Shown here: positions 28,704 through 37,563 of the stretch, piece after piece
How positions within the stretch are numbered: the first letter of the stretch is position 1
Layout of the letters: every line of letters begins with the position of its first letter
Source: Alphaproteobacteria bacterium
Lineage (GTDB): Bacteria > Pseudomonadota > Alphaproteobacteria > RF32 > CAG-239
Length of the DNA stretch: 64,000 bases
Assembly (NCBI GenBank): GCA_045593845.1
Contig: JAZNXK010000011.1
Span: forward strand, 11,111 to 75,110
Reading direction: 5' to 3'
The notes under the pieces: model-generated
What the model was told of the DNA's origin: nothing
Seen by the model: only the letters and a program-made list of their open reading frames with translations
Database searches by the model: none
Program-made: the position numbers and the translations under genes

Positions 28704-30044
28704 CTACTTTCCTATGCAAAAACTACCAAAAATTTTATCTAATATTTCATCAATTTCTACTCTGCCGGTAATTTTACCTATATTTCTGATTGATAACCTT
28801 ATGTCTTCAGCGGAAAGCTCAATATTTTTTGAAAGATTGAAGCTTTTTAAATCTTTAAATACATCGTTCAACACATCACGATAACGTCTTCTTGTTATTA
28901 AAGACGTTGAGCTTTGGGTAAAGGTTGAAGAGATTTTATTCTTAATAATGTCGATCAATTCGCTTATCCCGGTTTTTTGTTTTACAGAAAGAGTTATAAA
29001 TCCTCTTTCCTTGAATTTAAAACACTGTTTATCATCAATACAATCGATTTTATTTAAAACAAAAATTATTTTATTATTACAATCAGTTAAAAGAGTTTCA
29101 AAGATATTAAGATTAGGATGTTCAGCATTAACAAGAGCTATAATTAAATCTGCTTCCTTTGCTTTTGAAAATGCGATTTCTATTCCTTTTTTTTCTATTT
29201 CTTCGTCTGTTATTCTCAATCCAGCAGTATCGGTAAAAATTACAGGATAGCCGTCTATGTCCATATATACATCTATTGCGTCACGAGTTGTTCCGGCTAT
29301 ATCAGAAACAATAACTGCTTCTCGTTGTGCAAGTATATTTAACAAACTTGATTTTCCTGCATTAGGTTCACCCAAAATAACAACCTTAAAACCGTCGCGC
29401 AGTTTTTCGCCATAACAGCTCTGTGAAAGGTGTTTCTCTATTTCTTCTCTGACTTTAAATACAGTGTTTTCAATATTTGATATAATGTTTTGCGGTAATT
29501 CTTCATCAGGAAAATCTATGTATGCTTCTAAATGAGCTAAAACATTAACCAGTGTAGTTCTCCATCCCTCATAAAGGTCTTTTAAATCACCGTTCATTTG
29601 TCTTAAGGCATATTTTTGTTGTTCAGAAGTCTCGGCATCTATTAGATCAGCAAGTCCTTCTGCTTCAGTAAGGTCCATTTTATTATTGTAAAAGGCTCGG
29701 CGAGAAAATTCCCCAGCTTCCGCCAATCTAAAGTTTTCTATTTTAGATAGATTATCAAGTATTAAGGATATAACCGCTTTTGATCCGTGACATTGAATTT
29801 CAACAGAATCTTCGCCGCTAAAAGAATTAGGGGCCTTGAAATATAAGACGACAGCATTGTCTATCGGCTGTTTTTCAACTGTATAAATTTTTGAAAAGTA
29901 AGCATATCTCGGTTTTATTTTTTGAATGTCTATAGTTGTCATTATTTTTACAGCATCAATAGCATTTGTTCCAGATATGCGAAAAATTGCTACCCCTGAT
30001 TTTCCAAAAACCGTTGATAAAGCATAAATTGTTTTGTTATCCAT
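28704..30044 (-). CDS. mnmE: tRNA modification GTPase MnmE
   Basis: G1 motif GEPNAGKSSLLN, DTAGLR, and the C-terminal CIGK. Confidence 0.95.
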   Translation of the reverse strand: MDNKTIYALSTVFGKSGVAIFRISGTNAIDAVKIMTTIDIQKIKPRYAYFSKIYTVEKQPIDNAVVLYFKAPNSFSGEDSVEIQCHGSKAVISLILDNLSKIENFRLAEAGEFSRRAFYNNKMDLTEAEGLADLIDAETSEQQKYALRQMNGDLKDLYEGWRTTLVNVLAHLEAYIDFPDEELPQNIISNIENTVFKVREEIEKHLSQSCYGEKLRDGFKVVILGEPNAGKSSLLNILAQREAVIVSDIAGTTRDAIDVYMDIDGYPVIFTDTAGLRITDEEIEKKGIEIAFSKAKEADLIIALVNAEHPNLNIFETLLTDCNNKIIFVLNKIDCIDDKQCFKFKERGFITLSVKQKTGISELIDIIKNKISSTFTQSSTSLITRRRYRDVLNDVFKDLKSFNLSKNIELSAEDIRLSIRNIGKITGRVEIDEILDKIFGSFCIGK

Positions 30045-30225
30045 TTTTTATATCCTTTTTTGTTTGATAATATGTTTATAACTATTTTGATTTTTTAGCA
30101 AGATTTAAAAAATAGCCTTTTTTTTGACTCTAGAGAGGTTTTTTATTTATTTTTAACAGTTGTATTATATTTTACATTTTATCTAACTCTATGGGCTTTT
30201 AACGAAGACGTTTTTTTGAGGTAAA

Positions 30226-30888
30226 ATGACAAAATTAATAATTTGGGATTTTGATGGTGTTATATCAGACACAGAAAAATTATGGTTAGAGACTAGAAGA
30301 GATCTCTTAAATAAATATTTCAATTTAAATTGGTCGTTTGATGATGTAAATAAATATCTCGGCGGTATGAGTGATGCTACTAAAAATGAAGTTTTGAAAG
30401 ATCTTAATATTAATGTTGATGAAGATTTTTGGCACGAGGCAATTACTTTGGATCTTGAAAAATTAGATAAAGGGGTAGAATTAACCTATGGCATAGAAGA
30501 TATTTTTAAGGATAAGAAATTTGACCAATGTATTGCAACCGGTGGTGTTTGGTCAAAAACACAACATAAGATTAAAGCTGTTAATATTGGGAAATATTTT
30601 ACTGATGACCATATTTTTACCGCTGATATGGTTAAAAAAGGAAAACCTGAACCAGATTTGTTTCTATTAGCTGCAAAGAAAATGGGATATTCCCCAAAAG
30701 ATTGTATCGTTATTGAAGACTCAATTGCCGGAATGACAGCAGGTCTCAAAGCTGGTATGTTTGTTATCGCTTTTCTCGGTTGTGAAATGAATAATAATGA
30801 TAAATATATTAAACAAGTCAAAAGTTTGGGTATTAGTAATATTTTCTTTAGTATGGGAGATGTTGCTAAATTTTTAAATAAATTCTGA
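30226..30888 (+). CDS. HAD-superfamily hydrolase (beta-phosphoglucomutase-like subfamily)
   Basis: Motif I is IIWDFDGVISDTE. Other motifs are KGKPEPDLFL and IVIEDSIAG. Confidence 0.7.
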   Translation: MTKLIIWDFDGVISDTEKLWLETRRDLLNKYFNLNWSFDDVNKYLGGMSDATKNEVLKDLNINVDEDFWHEAITLDLEKLDKGVELTYGIEDIFKDKKFDQCIATGGVWSKTQHKIKAVNIGKYFTDDHIFTADMVKKGKPEPDLFLLAAKKMGYSPKDCIVIEDSIAGMTAGLKAGMFVIAFLGCEMNNNDKYIKQVKSLGISNIFFSMGDVAKFLNKF

Positions 30889-30938
30889 ATACTTGTAGAC
30901 TATATTAAATATATTTTAATCTGTATACCCTACAATTT

Positions 30939-32081
30939 ATGGTAACAGGAATTAAAATAAAGGATACTACAATGTTAAGAATTACATCTATTGCTTTAGC
31001 TTTATGCTTTGCTATGGTGAATCATGCACAAGCCGGACAACCTTGGCAAAAAGTACCAAAAACTCCGCAACCGGAAAGCTATAAGGGGCTTGGGCAAAGT
31101 AGACCTAATACGCCAAATCCAGGTTATTCCGATAGTGCTTTACCTGAAACACCGCAACCGGAAAGCTATAAAGGGCTTGGGCAAAAAAAACCAAATACTC
31201 CTGTTGTTATTTATTATTCCGGCCCAGGAGTACCTGTTCCTTTGACCCCTCAAGGTGTATCATATAATGGTCCTTTAACACCTGTTCCCGCAACTCCGGT
31301 AATAACCTATGACATTCCTTTGTCTCAAGTTCCCGAAACTCCGGTGATAATAAATGAAATTCCTCTGTCACAGCCACCGGTTACACCGACTACTGTTAAT
31401 GATATGCAATTCTCGCAACCGCCGGTTACTCCGACTACTGTCATTGATTTGCCTTTTTCCGTACCTCCGGCTACCCCGACTAATACTATTGATATCGAAT
31501 TTTCGCAACCACCGGTTACTCCGACTACTGTTGTTGATTTACCTTTTTCAGAGCCTCCGGCTACCCCGACTAATACTATTGATATCGAATTTTCGCAGCC
31601 ACCGGTTACACCGACTACTGTTAATGATATGCAATTCTCGCAACCTCCGGTTACACCGACTACTATTAATGATATACAGATATCACAACCTCCGGCTACT
31701 CCGACTACTGTTAATGATATACAGATATCACAACCTCCGGTTACTCCGACTACTGTTAATGATTTACCTTTTTCAGAACCGCCGGTTACCCCAACTACTG
31801 TTAATGATATACAAGTATCACAACCTCCGGTAACTCCGACTACGGTTATTGATATTCAGATGTCTCAACCACCAGTTACACCTACCACTGTTATTGATTT
31901 ACCGTTTTCGCAGCCACCTGTTACCCCAACTACTGTTATTGATTTACCTTTTTCAGAACCGCCGGTTACTCCGACTACTGTTATAGATGTCCAGTTTTCA
32001 CAGGTTCCATCGACACCTGTATCAACTTATGACGTCCCTTTATCTCAACCGCCAAAAACACCTCAAGGTGGTGGATATTAG
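30939..32081 (+). CDS. Secreted Pro/Thr-rich tandem-repeat protein
   Basis: The likely true start is ATG at 30972, with AAGGA upstream. That gives the signal peptide MLRITSIALALCFAMVNHAQA|GQ. A 2x 29-aa duplication and 17 x 15-aa repeats follow. Confidence 0.75.
   Translation: MVTGIKIKDTTMLRITSIALALCFAMVNHAQAGQPWQKVPKTPQPESYKGLGQSRPNTPNPGYSDSALPETPQPESYKGLGQKKPNTPVVIYYSGPGVPVPLTPQGVSYNGPLTPVPATPVITYDIPLSQVPETPVIINEIPLSQPPVTPTTVNDMQFSQPPVTPTTVIDLPFSVPPATPTNTIDIEFSQPPVTPTTVVDLPFSEPPATPTNTIDIEFSQPPVTPTTVNDMQFSQPPVTPTTINDIQISQPPATPTTVNDIQISQPPVTPTTVNDLPFSEPPVTPTTVNDIQVSQPPVTPTTVIDIQMSQPPVTPTTVIDLPFSQPPVTPTTVIDLPFSEPPVTPTTVIDVQFSQVPSTPVSTYDVPLSQPPKTPQGGGY
31281..32045 (+). repeat. 17 tandem in-frame 45-nt repeats (15 aa, consensus QPPVTPTTV(N/I)D(L/I/M)(P/Q)(F/I)S)
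   Basis: The period was verified at 31281, 31371 and 32001, with a partial 18th unit from 32046. There is also an 87-nt duplication, with ccgcaaccggaaagctataa at 31065 and 31152. Confidence 0.9.
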
Positions 32082-32115
32082 TTAAAAAATATCTTTATAT
32101 ATGAGTTGTAATAAT

Positions 32116-32157
32116 AAAAAATCCCGAAAAAATAAGTATTATTCGGGATTTTTTTGT
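32116..32157 (+). terminator. Intrinsic terminator, usable in both directions (repeat-protein gene / rho)
   Basis: aaaaaatcccgaa ... ttcgggatttttt, flanked by an A-run and a T-run. Confidence 0.6.
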
Positions 32158-32178
32158 TATAGGCTATTATAATTTATT

Positions 32179-33432
32179 TTAAGAATTCATATTATCAAAG
32201 AAATCTTGGTTGTTTTTGGTTTGTTTTAATTTATCAAGTAAGAATTCCATACCATCTGTCATTCCCATTTGCATTAAAACTCGGCGCAATACCCACATTT
32301 TGGTGAGGGTTGCTTTATCAACCAAAAGCTCTTCTTTTCTGGTTCCTGAACGAGTAATATCAATGGTTGGAAAGAGGCGTTTATCTGTTAGTTTTCTATC
32401 TAATATAATCTCTGAATTACCTGTTCCTTTGAATTCTTCAAAAATAACTTCATCCATACGAGATCCGGTATCAATCAGTGCTGTTGCTATAATAGTCAGA
32501 GAACCGCCCTCTTCTACATTCCGAGCGGCACCTAAAATGCGCTTCGGACGTTGTAAAGCATTAGCATCTACACCTCCTGTTAATACTTTTCCGGAAGAAG
32601 GAACAACGGTATTATATGCTCGACCTAAACGAGTTATAGAATCCAATAAAATTACTACATCTTTTTTGTTTTCTACTAAACGTTTCGCTTTTTCAATAAC
32701 CATTTCGGCAACTTGAACATGTCGTGTCGCCGGTTCATCAAAAGTTGAAGATATAACCTCCCCTTTTACAGAACGTGTCATATCCGTAACCTCTTCAGGG
32801 CGTTCATCAATCAATAACACCATGAGATAAATTTCAGGATGATTTGTAGATATTGCGTGGGCTATATTTTGCAACATAACTGTTTTACCTGTTCTAGGAG
32901 GAGCAACTATCAGCCCGCGTTGACCTTTTCCTTGAGGAGAAACTAAATCAATTATTCTAGTTGTATAGTCTTTTTCACCGCAGATAATATCAAAGTCTAA
33001 TTTTTCAGTAGGATAGAGCGGGGTAAGATTGTCAAAATTTATACGTAATTTTGATTTTTCAGGATCATCAAAATTAATTCTGTTTATTTTTGTAAGAGCG
33101 AAATAACGTTCATTTTCTTTTGGTGCCCTGATCTCTCCCTCTATTGTATCTCCGGTGCGAAGTCCGTATTTTTTGACTTGTTGAGGAGAAACATATATAT
33201 CATCAGGTCCTGCAAGATAGTTTGATTGTGGAGAGCGTAAAAATCCAAATCCGTCTTGCATAACTTCTATTGTGCCATCTCCATATATTATATTGTCATT
33301 TGATGCGACTTTTTTTAGGATTGAGAACATTAAATCTTGTTTGCGCATAGATGATGCGTCTTCAATACCAAGTTCTTCTGCCTCTTTTAATAATTCAGCA
33401 GGAGATTTTTGTTTTAAATCTTTTAAATGCAT
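32179..33432 (-). CDS. rho: Transcription termination factor Rho
   Basis: N-terminal RNA-binding domain, Walker A PPRTGKT, and typical Rho conservation over 417 aa. Confidence 0.95.
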   Translation of the reverse strand: MHLKDLKQKSPAELLKEAEELGIEDASSMRKQDLMFSILKKVASNDNIIYGDGTIEVMQDGFGFLRSPQSNYLAGPDDIYVSPQQVKKYGLRTGDTIEGEIRAPKENERYFALTKINRINFDDPEKSKLRINFDNLTPLYPTEKLDFDIICGEKDYTTRIIDLVSPQGKGQRGLIVAPPRTGKTVMLQNIAHAISTNHPEIYLMVLLIDERPEEVTDMTRSVKGEVISSTFDEPATRHVQVAEMVIEKAKRLVENKKDVVILLDSITRLGRAYNTVVPSSGKVLTGGVDANALQRPKRILGAARNVEEGGSLTIIATALIDTGSRMDEVIFEEFKGTGNSEIILDRKLTDKRLFPTIDITRSGTRKEELLVDKATLTKMWVLRRVLMQMGMTDGMEFLLDKLKQTKNNQDFFDNMNS

Positions 33433-33906
33433 ATTGTTCCGTTTGTTAATGAGATTGAAAAGTTTTAAGAAAGTAGAATTTATTTATTTTGTATATCCTT
33501 TATAATTTAAAGTCAAATATTTAAAATTGAAAAAGTTTTTCACAGCGTGTTTTGCCAAATATAAATATTTAAAAAAGTTTTTGTTGTTTGTAGATAGCTG
33601 TTATTTTTGTGGATTATTTTTTATCTTCAGATTTATCAAGATGTTTATAATTTTGTATATAAAGTGTTAGTAATAATTTTTGGAAGTAAATAATTTCAAA
33701 TTTTTCAGGGAGTCTGTTGTGTAAATATTTTTGTTTTATTTTTTTTATAAAAATGAGTTATTAACATAATGCAAATATGTTTACAAAACTTATCAACCTG
33801 TTATTATGTTCTTGTATTAATAATGAAATAGGTTGATTTTTATTTAATTTTTGTATTTTTACTGTTTTTTATACACAAGTATTGTTAATAAGTTGGATAA
33901 AATAAT
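33433..33906. other. Candidate chromosomal replication origin (oriC)
   Basis: This 474-bp gap is very AT-rich and non-coding, and genes diverge from it (rho-mnmE-mnmG-rsmG-parAB leftward, coaE-dnaQ rightward). Near-consensus DnaA boxes are TGTGGATTA (33608..33616) and TTATACACA (33869..33877). Two-mismatch boxes lie at 33536, 33790 and 33892. Confidence 0.45.
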
Positions 33907-34491
33907 ATGAAATTGGTTGCTGTGACAGGTTCTATTGGATGCGGAAAGACTACAATATCAAGAATAATTAGAGATTGCGGCTATGTTGTTTTTGATGTTG
34001 ATGCTTGGGTGAGGAGATTATATTATAAAAAATCTTTTATTGCCAAGGTTATTGAAATTTTTCCAATGACTTGTGAAAATGGAGTTTTTAATAAAAGAAA
34101 ATTGAGAAATTGGGTTTTTAGTGATAATAAGGAACTTAAAAAATTAGAGGACTTAATACATCCCTTTTTGAGAAAATATTTGAAATCAGTTATAAATAAA
34201 TACAGTAAAAAACAAGATTGTTTTTTTATTGATGTTGCTTTGTTATATGAAATGAATTGGGATATATACTGTGATTTTATTGTTGTAGCGGATGTCGATT
34301 ATGAAACTCAAAAAAAGAGAGTTATGTTAAGAGATAATATATCGGCCGAAGATTTTGATAAGATTAATAATATTCAAATGAATAATGAAAAAAAGAAGAA
34401 TATGGCTGATTTTGTTATTAATACGGATAAGAAATTGAATTTGTTAAAACTTGATGTTATCAAAATGATAAATATGTGTGAGGAATTTTAA
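33907..34491 (+). CDS. coaE: Dephospho-CoA kinase
   Basis: P-loop VAVTGSIGCGKTT. 194 aa. Shows the conserved coaE-dnaQ linkage. Confidence 0.85.
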   Translation: MKLVAVTGSIGCGKTTISRIIRDCGYVVFDVDAWVRRLYYKKSFIAKVIEIFPMTCENGVFNKRKLRNWVFSDNKELKKLEDLIHPFLRKYLKSVINKYSKKQDCFFIDVALLYEMNWDIYCDFIVVADVDYETQKKRVMLRDNISAEDFDKINNIQMNNEKKKNMADFVINTDKKLNLLKLDVIKMINMCEEF

Positions 34492-34493
34492 TT

Positions 34494-35216
34494 ATGGTAA
34501 GGGAAATAGTTTTTGATACAGAGACAACAGGCCTTTCTGTTGAAAAAGGAGATAGATTGGTTGATATAGGAGCTGTGGAGTTGATAAATCATTTACCTAC
34601 TGGCAGGGAATATCATCAATATATAAATCCTGAAAGAAGTGTTCCTGCAGATGTTGTTGCCGTTCATGGTTTGACAGAAGAGTTTTTGAAGGATTATCCT
34701 ACTTTTGCAGAGATAGCTAAAGATTTTATAGATTTTGTCGGTGATGATGGGATTTTGGTTGCACATAATGCTCCTTTTGATATGAGTTTCTTAAATTATC
34801 AGCTTAAGGAATGTGGTTATGAGCCATATTCTGATGATAGAGTTATAGATACTTTGGAAATGGCAAGAAAAATGTTTCCAGGGGCAAGAAATAAGTTAGA
34901 TGCATTATGTAAAAGATTTAAAATTGATAATAGTAACAGAGTGTTGCACGGTGCTCTTATTGATGCTGATTTATTGGCAAAGGTATATCTTGAAATGCTG
35001 GGTGGTTATGAACCATCAATGATGTTGAATAGTTATCAGAAAGATAGTGCTCCTGTTTGTAATGAAAATTCAAAGATCATGAATGATAGATTTTTTCATG
35101 AAGCAAGAGTATATGTTTTGAGCGAAGAAGATGAGAAAAAACATCGTGAATTTTTGGAAACAAAAATAAAAAATCCTATATGGTTGTCAGATGAATTAAA
35201 CAGCTCCGATAATTGA
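34494..35216 (+). CDS. dnaQ: DNA polymerase III epsilon subunit (3'-5' exonuclease)
   Basis: ExoI motif IVFDTETTGL, ExoII LVAHNAPFDMSFL and ExoIII HGALIDADLLAKVY. Confidence 0.9.
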   Translation: MVREIVFDTETTGLSVEKGDRLVDIGAVELINHLPTGREYHQYINPERSVPADVVAVHGLTEEFLKDYPTFAEIAKDFIDFVGDDGILVAHNAPFDMSFLNYQLKECGYEPYSDDRVIDTLEMARKMFPGARNKLDALCKRFKIDNSNRVLHGALIDADLLAKVYLEMLGGYEPSMMLNSYQKDSAPVCNENSKIMNDRFFHEARVYVLSEEDEKKHREFLETKIKNPIWLSDELNSSDN

Positions 35217-36605
35217 AAAAGATGATATAGTGTCTCCCATGCCTACAAGAGTTTTTGGCTTGTTTATGATTATTGTGGGTGTGGCGATTATATAAAAATT
35301 CTTAAATGAGCAAATTCCTTTTTGGAGTAGTGTTTTTGTTTTTAGATAGGAACTTAGTTTTTCTAGCTCTATTAAAGAAATTTCAGAAACGGGTAAACCG
35401 CAGGATTTTGTAATATCTGATTTTTGTTTTAAGTATCCGATAGAAGCTTTGCTTGCCGCAGCAGTAGAAGCGAGAATCATACCGTTGCGAATTTTTGTGG
35501 GTGATATTGGATAATGTTTATCTTGAATGGTAATGTATAACCCAAACATATGAAGTTGGATACGCGGACATTTCAATTTTTGCTTTATTTTTAATATTGC
35601 CTTAAAAAGGTTTATGGAATCAGGATTTTTTTGACACAGATTATATAGTTTTTTGTTGTTTGTAACTTCAAGAATATCTATTGTTTCTCGATCATTTATA
35701 CCAACAGAATCAACAATACTTGCAAGATTTGTCAGAATGGCTTTTCTGATGATTTTGTCTTGCGTTGATGCAATTTCTAAATGAACGATGGATTGAGGAT
35801 TTCTTTCTTTCCAAGATGATATTATTTTTTTTGATGTTTTTATATGTTTTAATCCATGATTATGGTAGCTTAAAGCTTGGTAACCAGATAAGAAATAATA
35901 GTCTATATCATTTTTGCAGGTGTAATTTATAAAGTGTTTATCAAGCTTGAAATTGAAAAGCGGTGGGTCATAAGTAACGATAAAACGGTTGGATTTAGGG
36001 CATATAAAAGTTTTTCCTTCAATATTTATTGTATCATTTTTATCAAATTCTATTATCCAGTGGATTGATGAAGTTTTGTCTCTGTTTATAAGGGATGCTT
36101 GTTTTAAATTTCCTTTTTTATCAAAGGATAATAAGTTCTTGTTTGAAAAAAATTGATTTGCCTGTTCTTGTGTTAAAGCATTACTGTGTACTATGACTTT
36201 TTTGATATTTGCTAGAGAAATTGTGTTGGCAACAATGCCTGCTTGTCCACCTATTTGAATTTTTTTTGTGCCGATGTTTGATAACATCCAATTGAATATT
36301 TTTATCTTATCTGAAGTCCATTCTTCAGCTATGCCTTTTGTAAAACAAAGGAAAATGCCTTTGATAAAGTCACTGACATTGTTTATGTTTTTATGGTCAA
36401 TTTTTTGGAGTTTCGCCAGAGGCAGTTTTTCTTGTTTTATAAGTTCTAAAATTTGATTTCCTGAAATCTTAACAACCGAATCGATACAGGAATTAAAAGC
36501 GCAGGCAACACTTTTAATTTTTGACATTTTATCAAGAGTTTCAGGAGCTTCCTGATAAAAATTATTCCATATCAGTTGGGTTTTCGTCGCTGTCGTTTCT
36601 TGCAT
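35196..36605 (-). CDS. ADP-dependent sugar kinase family protein (ADP-GK/ADP-PFK, ribokinase-like superfamily)
   Basis: Family motifs recognised by eye: AFNSCIDSV (NxxxD), IGGQAGIVAN, SNRFI, LSGYQAL, VHLEIAS, SVGINDRE and C-terminal VGMGDTISS. Confidence 0.75.
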   Translation of the reverse strand: MQETTATKTQLIWNNFYQEAPETLDKMSKIKSVACAFNSCIDSVVKISGNQILELIKQEKLPLAKLQKIDHKNINNVSDFIKGIFLCFTKGIAEEWTSDKIKIFNWMLSNIGTKKIQIGGQAGIVANTISLANIKKVIVHSNALTQEQANQFFSNKNLLSFDKKGNLKQASLINRDKTSSIHWIIEFDKNDTINIEGKTFICPKSNRFIVTYDPPLFNFKLDKHFINYTCKNDIDYYFLSGYQALSYHNHGLKHIKTSKKIISSWKERNPQSIVHLEIASTQDKIIRKAILTNLASIVDSVGINDRETIDILEVTNNKKLYNLCQKNPDSINLFKAILKIKQKLKCPRIQLHMFGLYITIQDKHYPISPTKIRNGMILASTAAASKASIGYLKQKSDITKSCGLPVSEISLIELEKLSSYLKTKTLLQKGICSFKNFYIIATPTIIINKPKTLVGMGDTISSFSIIGAV

Positions 36606-37515
36606 TTTCTACCTTCATTATTTGTAGGGCGTTAGCAATTATATTTGATAGTGATTTATAAAAAGTCAGCTGGTTTTTTGTTTGTTGATACCAGAACTTA
36701 ATATTTTGATTTTCAAGAATTTCTTTTTGATTTTCAATCTCTTTTATTGCTGAATTAAAGTCATTATTATTTACAAACGACCTAATTTTTTCTAAAAACT
36801 CAGTTTTATCATATACTTGAGCACTGTTTTTATCATTAATTGTTGAAATTTTTACATATTCATTAACCTTGGAGGTTATGCGTTTTTTCCAATCTTTTTC
36901 TATAACAGGCTTGGTTTCTTCCGTATAAATTTTATTGAAACTGTCAATTAATGATTTGTCGGAAATAAAATTTATTGAGCAGTGAGAATATATAAAATCA
37001 ACATCTTTGGAAATGGAGCTTATGTTGTCAGCTAATATTTTCAGTGCTTCTGCTTCCATTTCGCAGGTTTGTCCGTGTAAAATTGTGTCTTTTATCAGCA
37101 TGGCTGAAGTTAATAATAAAGCACCGTTATTAGATGTTTTGGCGAGTTTTTGGGTCTGGTTTTCAAGATTGCGAAGTTGATTGTTTATTGCAAGTATCTC
37201 GCTCGCATTTACTTTTGATGCATTGAAATGATCAACATTTTTTTGCAACAAATCAAATTTTTCTCGTTCGTTGAGTAGTGCGTTTGAGAGAGTGTCAATG
37301 TTGCGACTCAAAATTACAATTTTGTTTTTCAAATTTTCTTGGTCATCAGAAATTCGAGATGAAGTATTTATTTGTTTAGTTATAATTTCGGGTTTATACC
37401 AAAAGAAAAATAGTGTAATTATAACTGCTGTAAAGAGAATAAATTCAAAAGTTTTGAATAAATATATCAAAATTTTGCTTGATTTGGAAGTATTTGATGA
37501 TTTATTTTTAACCAT
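36562..37515 (-). CDS. Coiled-coil membrane protein, candidate alphaproteobacterial Mic60 (mitofilin-domain) homologue
   Basis: One N-terminal TM helix (ILIYLFKTFEFILFTAVIITLFFFW) and a long heptad-rich middle region. The C-terminal block is FVNNNDFNSAIKEIENQ...NIKFWYQQTKNQL.F.KSLSNI, resembling the mitofilin-domain pattern. It is divergent from tsaD. Confidence 0.4.
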   Translation of the reverse strand: MVKNKSSNTSKSSKILIYLFKTFEFILFTAVIITLFFFWYKPEIITKQINTSSRISDDQENLKNKIVILSRNIDTLSNALLNEREKFDLLQKNVDHFNASKVNASEILAINNQLRNLENQTQKLAKTSNNGALLLTSAMLIKDTILHGQTCEMEAEALKILADNISSISKDVDFIYSHCSINFISDKSLIDSFNKIYTEETKPVIEKDWKKRITSKVNEYVKISTINDKNSAQVYDKTEFLEKIRSFVNNNDFNSAIKEIENQKEILENQNIKFWYQQTKNQLTFYKSLSNIIANALQIMKVENARNDSDENPTDME

Positions 37516-37563
37516 GTTTATTTTCCTTTGTAAAAAACTTTTATTGTTTTATTATGAAGGTTA

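Noticed and set aside
31181-31198. A8 homopolymer inside the repeat-protein gene as a phase-variation switch
   Set aside because: Eight residues is short for efficient slippage, and A-runs of this size are common in this AT-rich sequence. There is no evidence without population data.
31354-31833. 159-aa ORF (LRLLRLL-rich) in an alternative frame of the repeat gene
   Set aside because: It is a frame-shifted shadow created by the periodic repeats. It has no independent start context.
31281-32045. Regular 45-nt repeats considered as a possible CRISPR array
   Set aside because: The repeats are contiguous with no spacers. They are in frame within a signal-peptide-bearing ORF and vary mainly at codon level, so this is a coding tandem repeat and not a CRISPR array.
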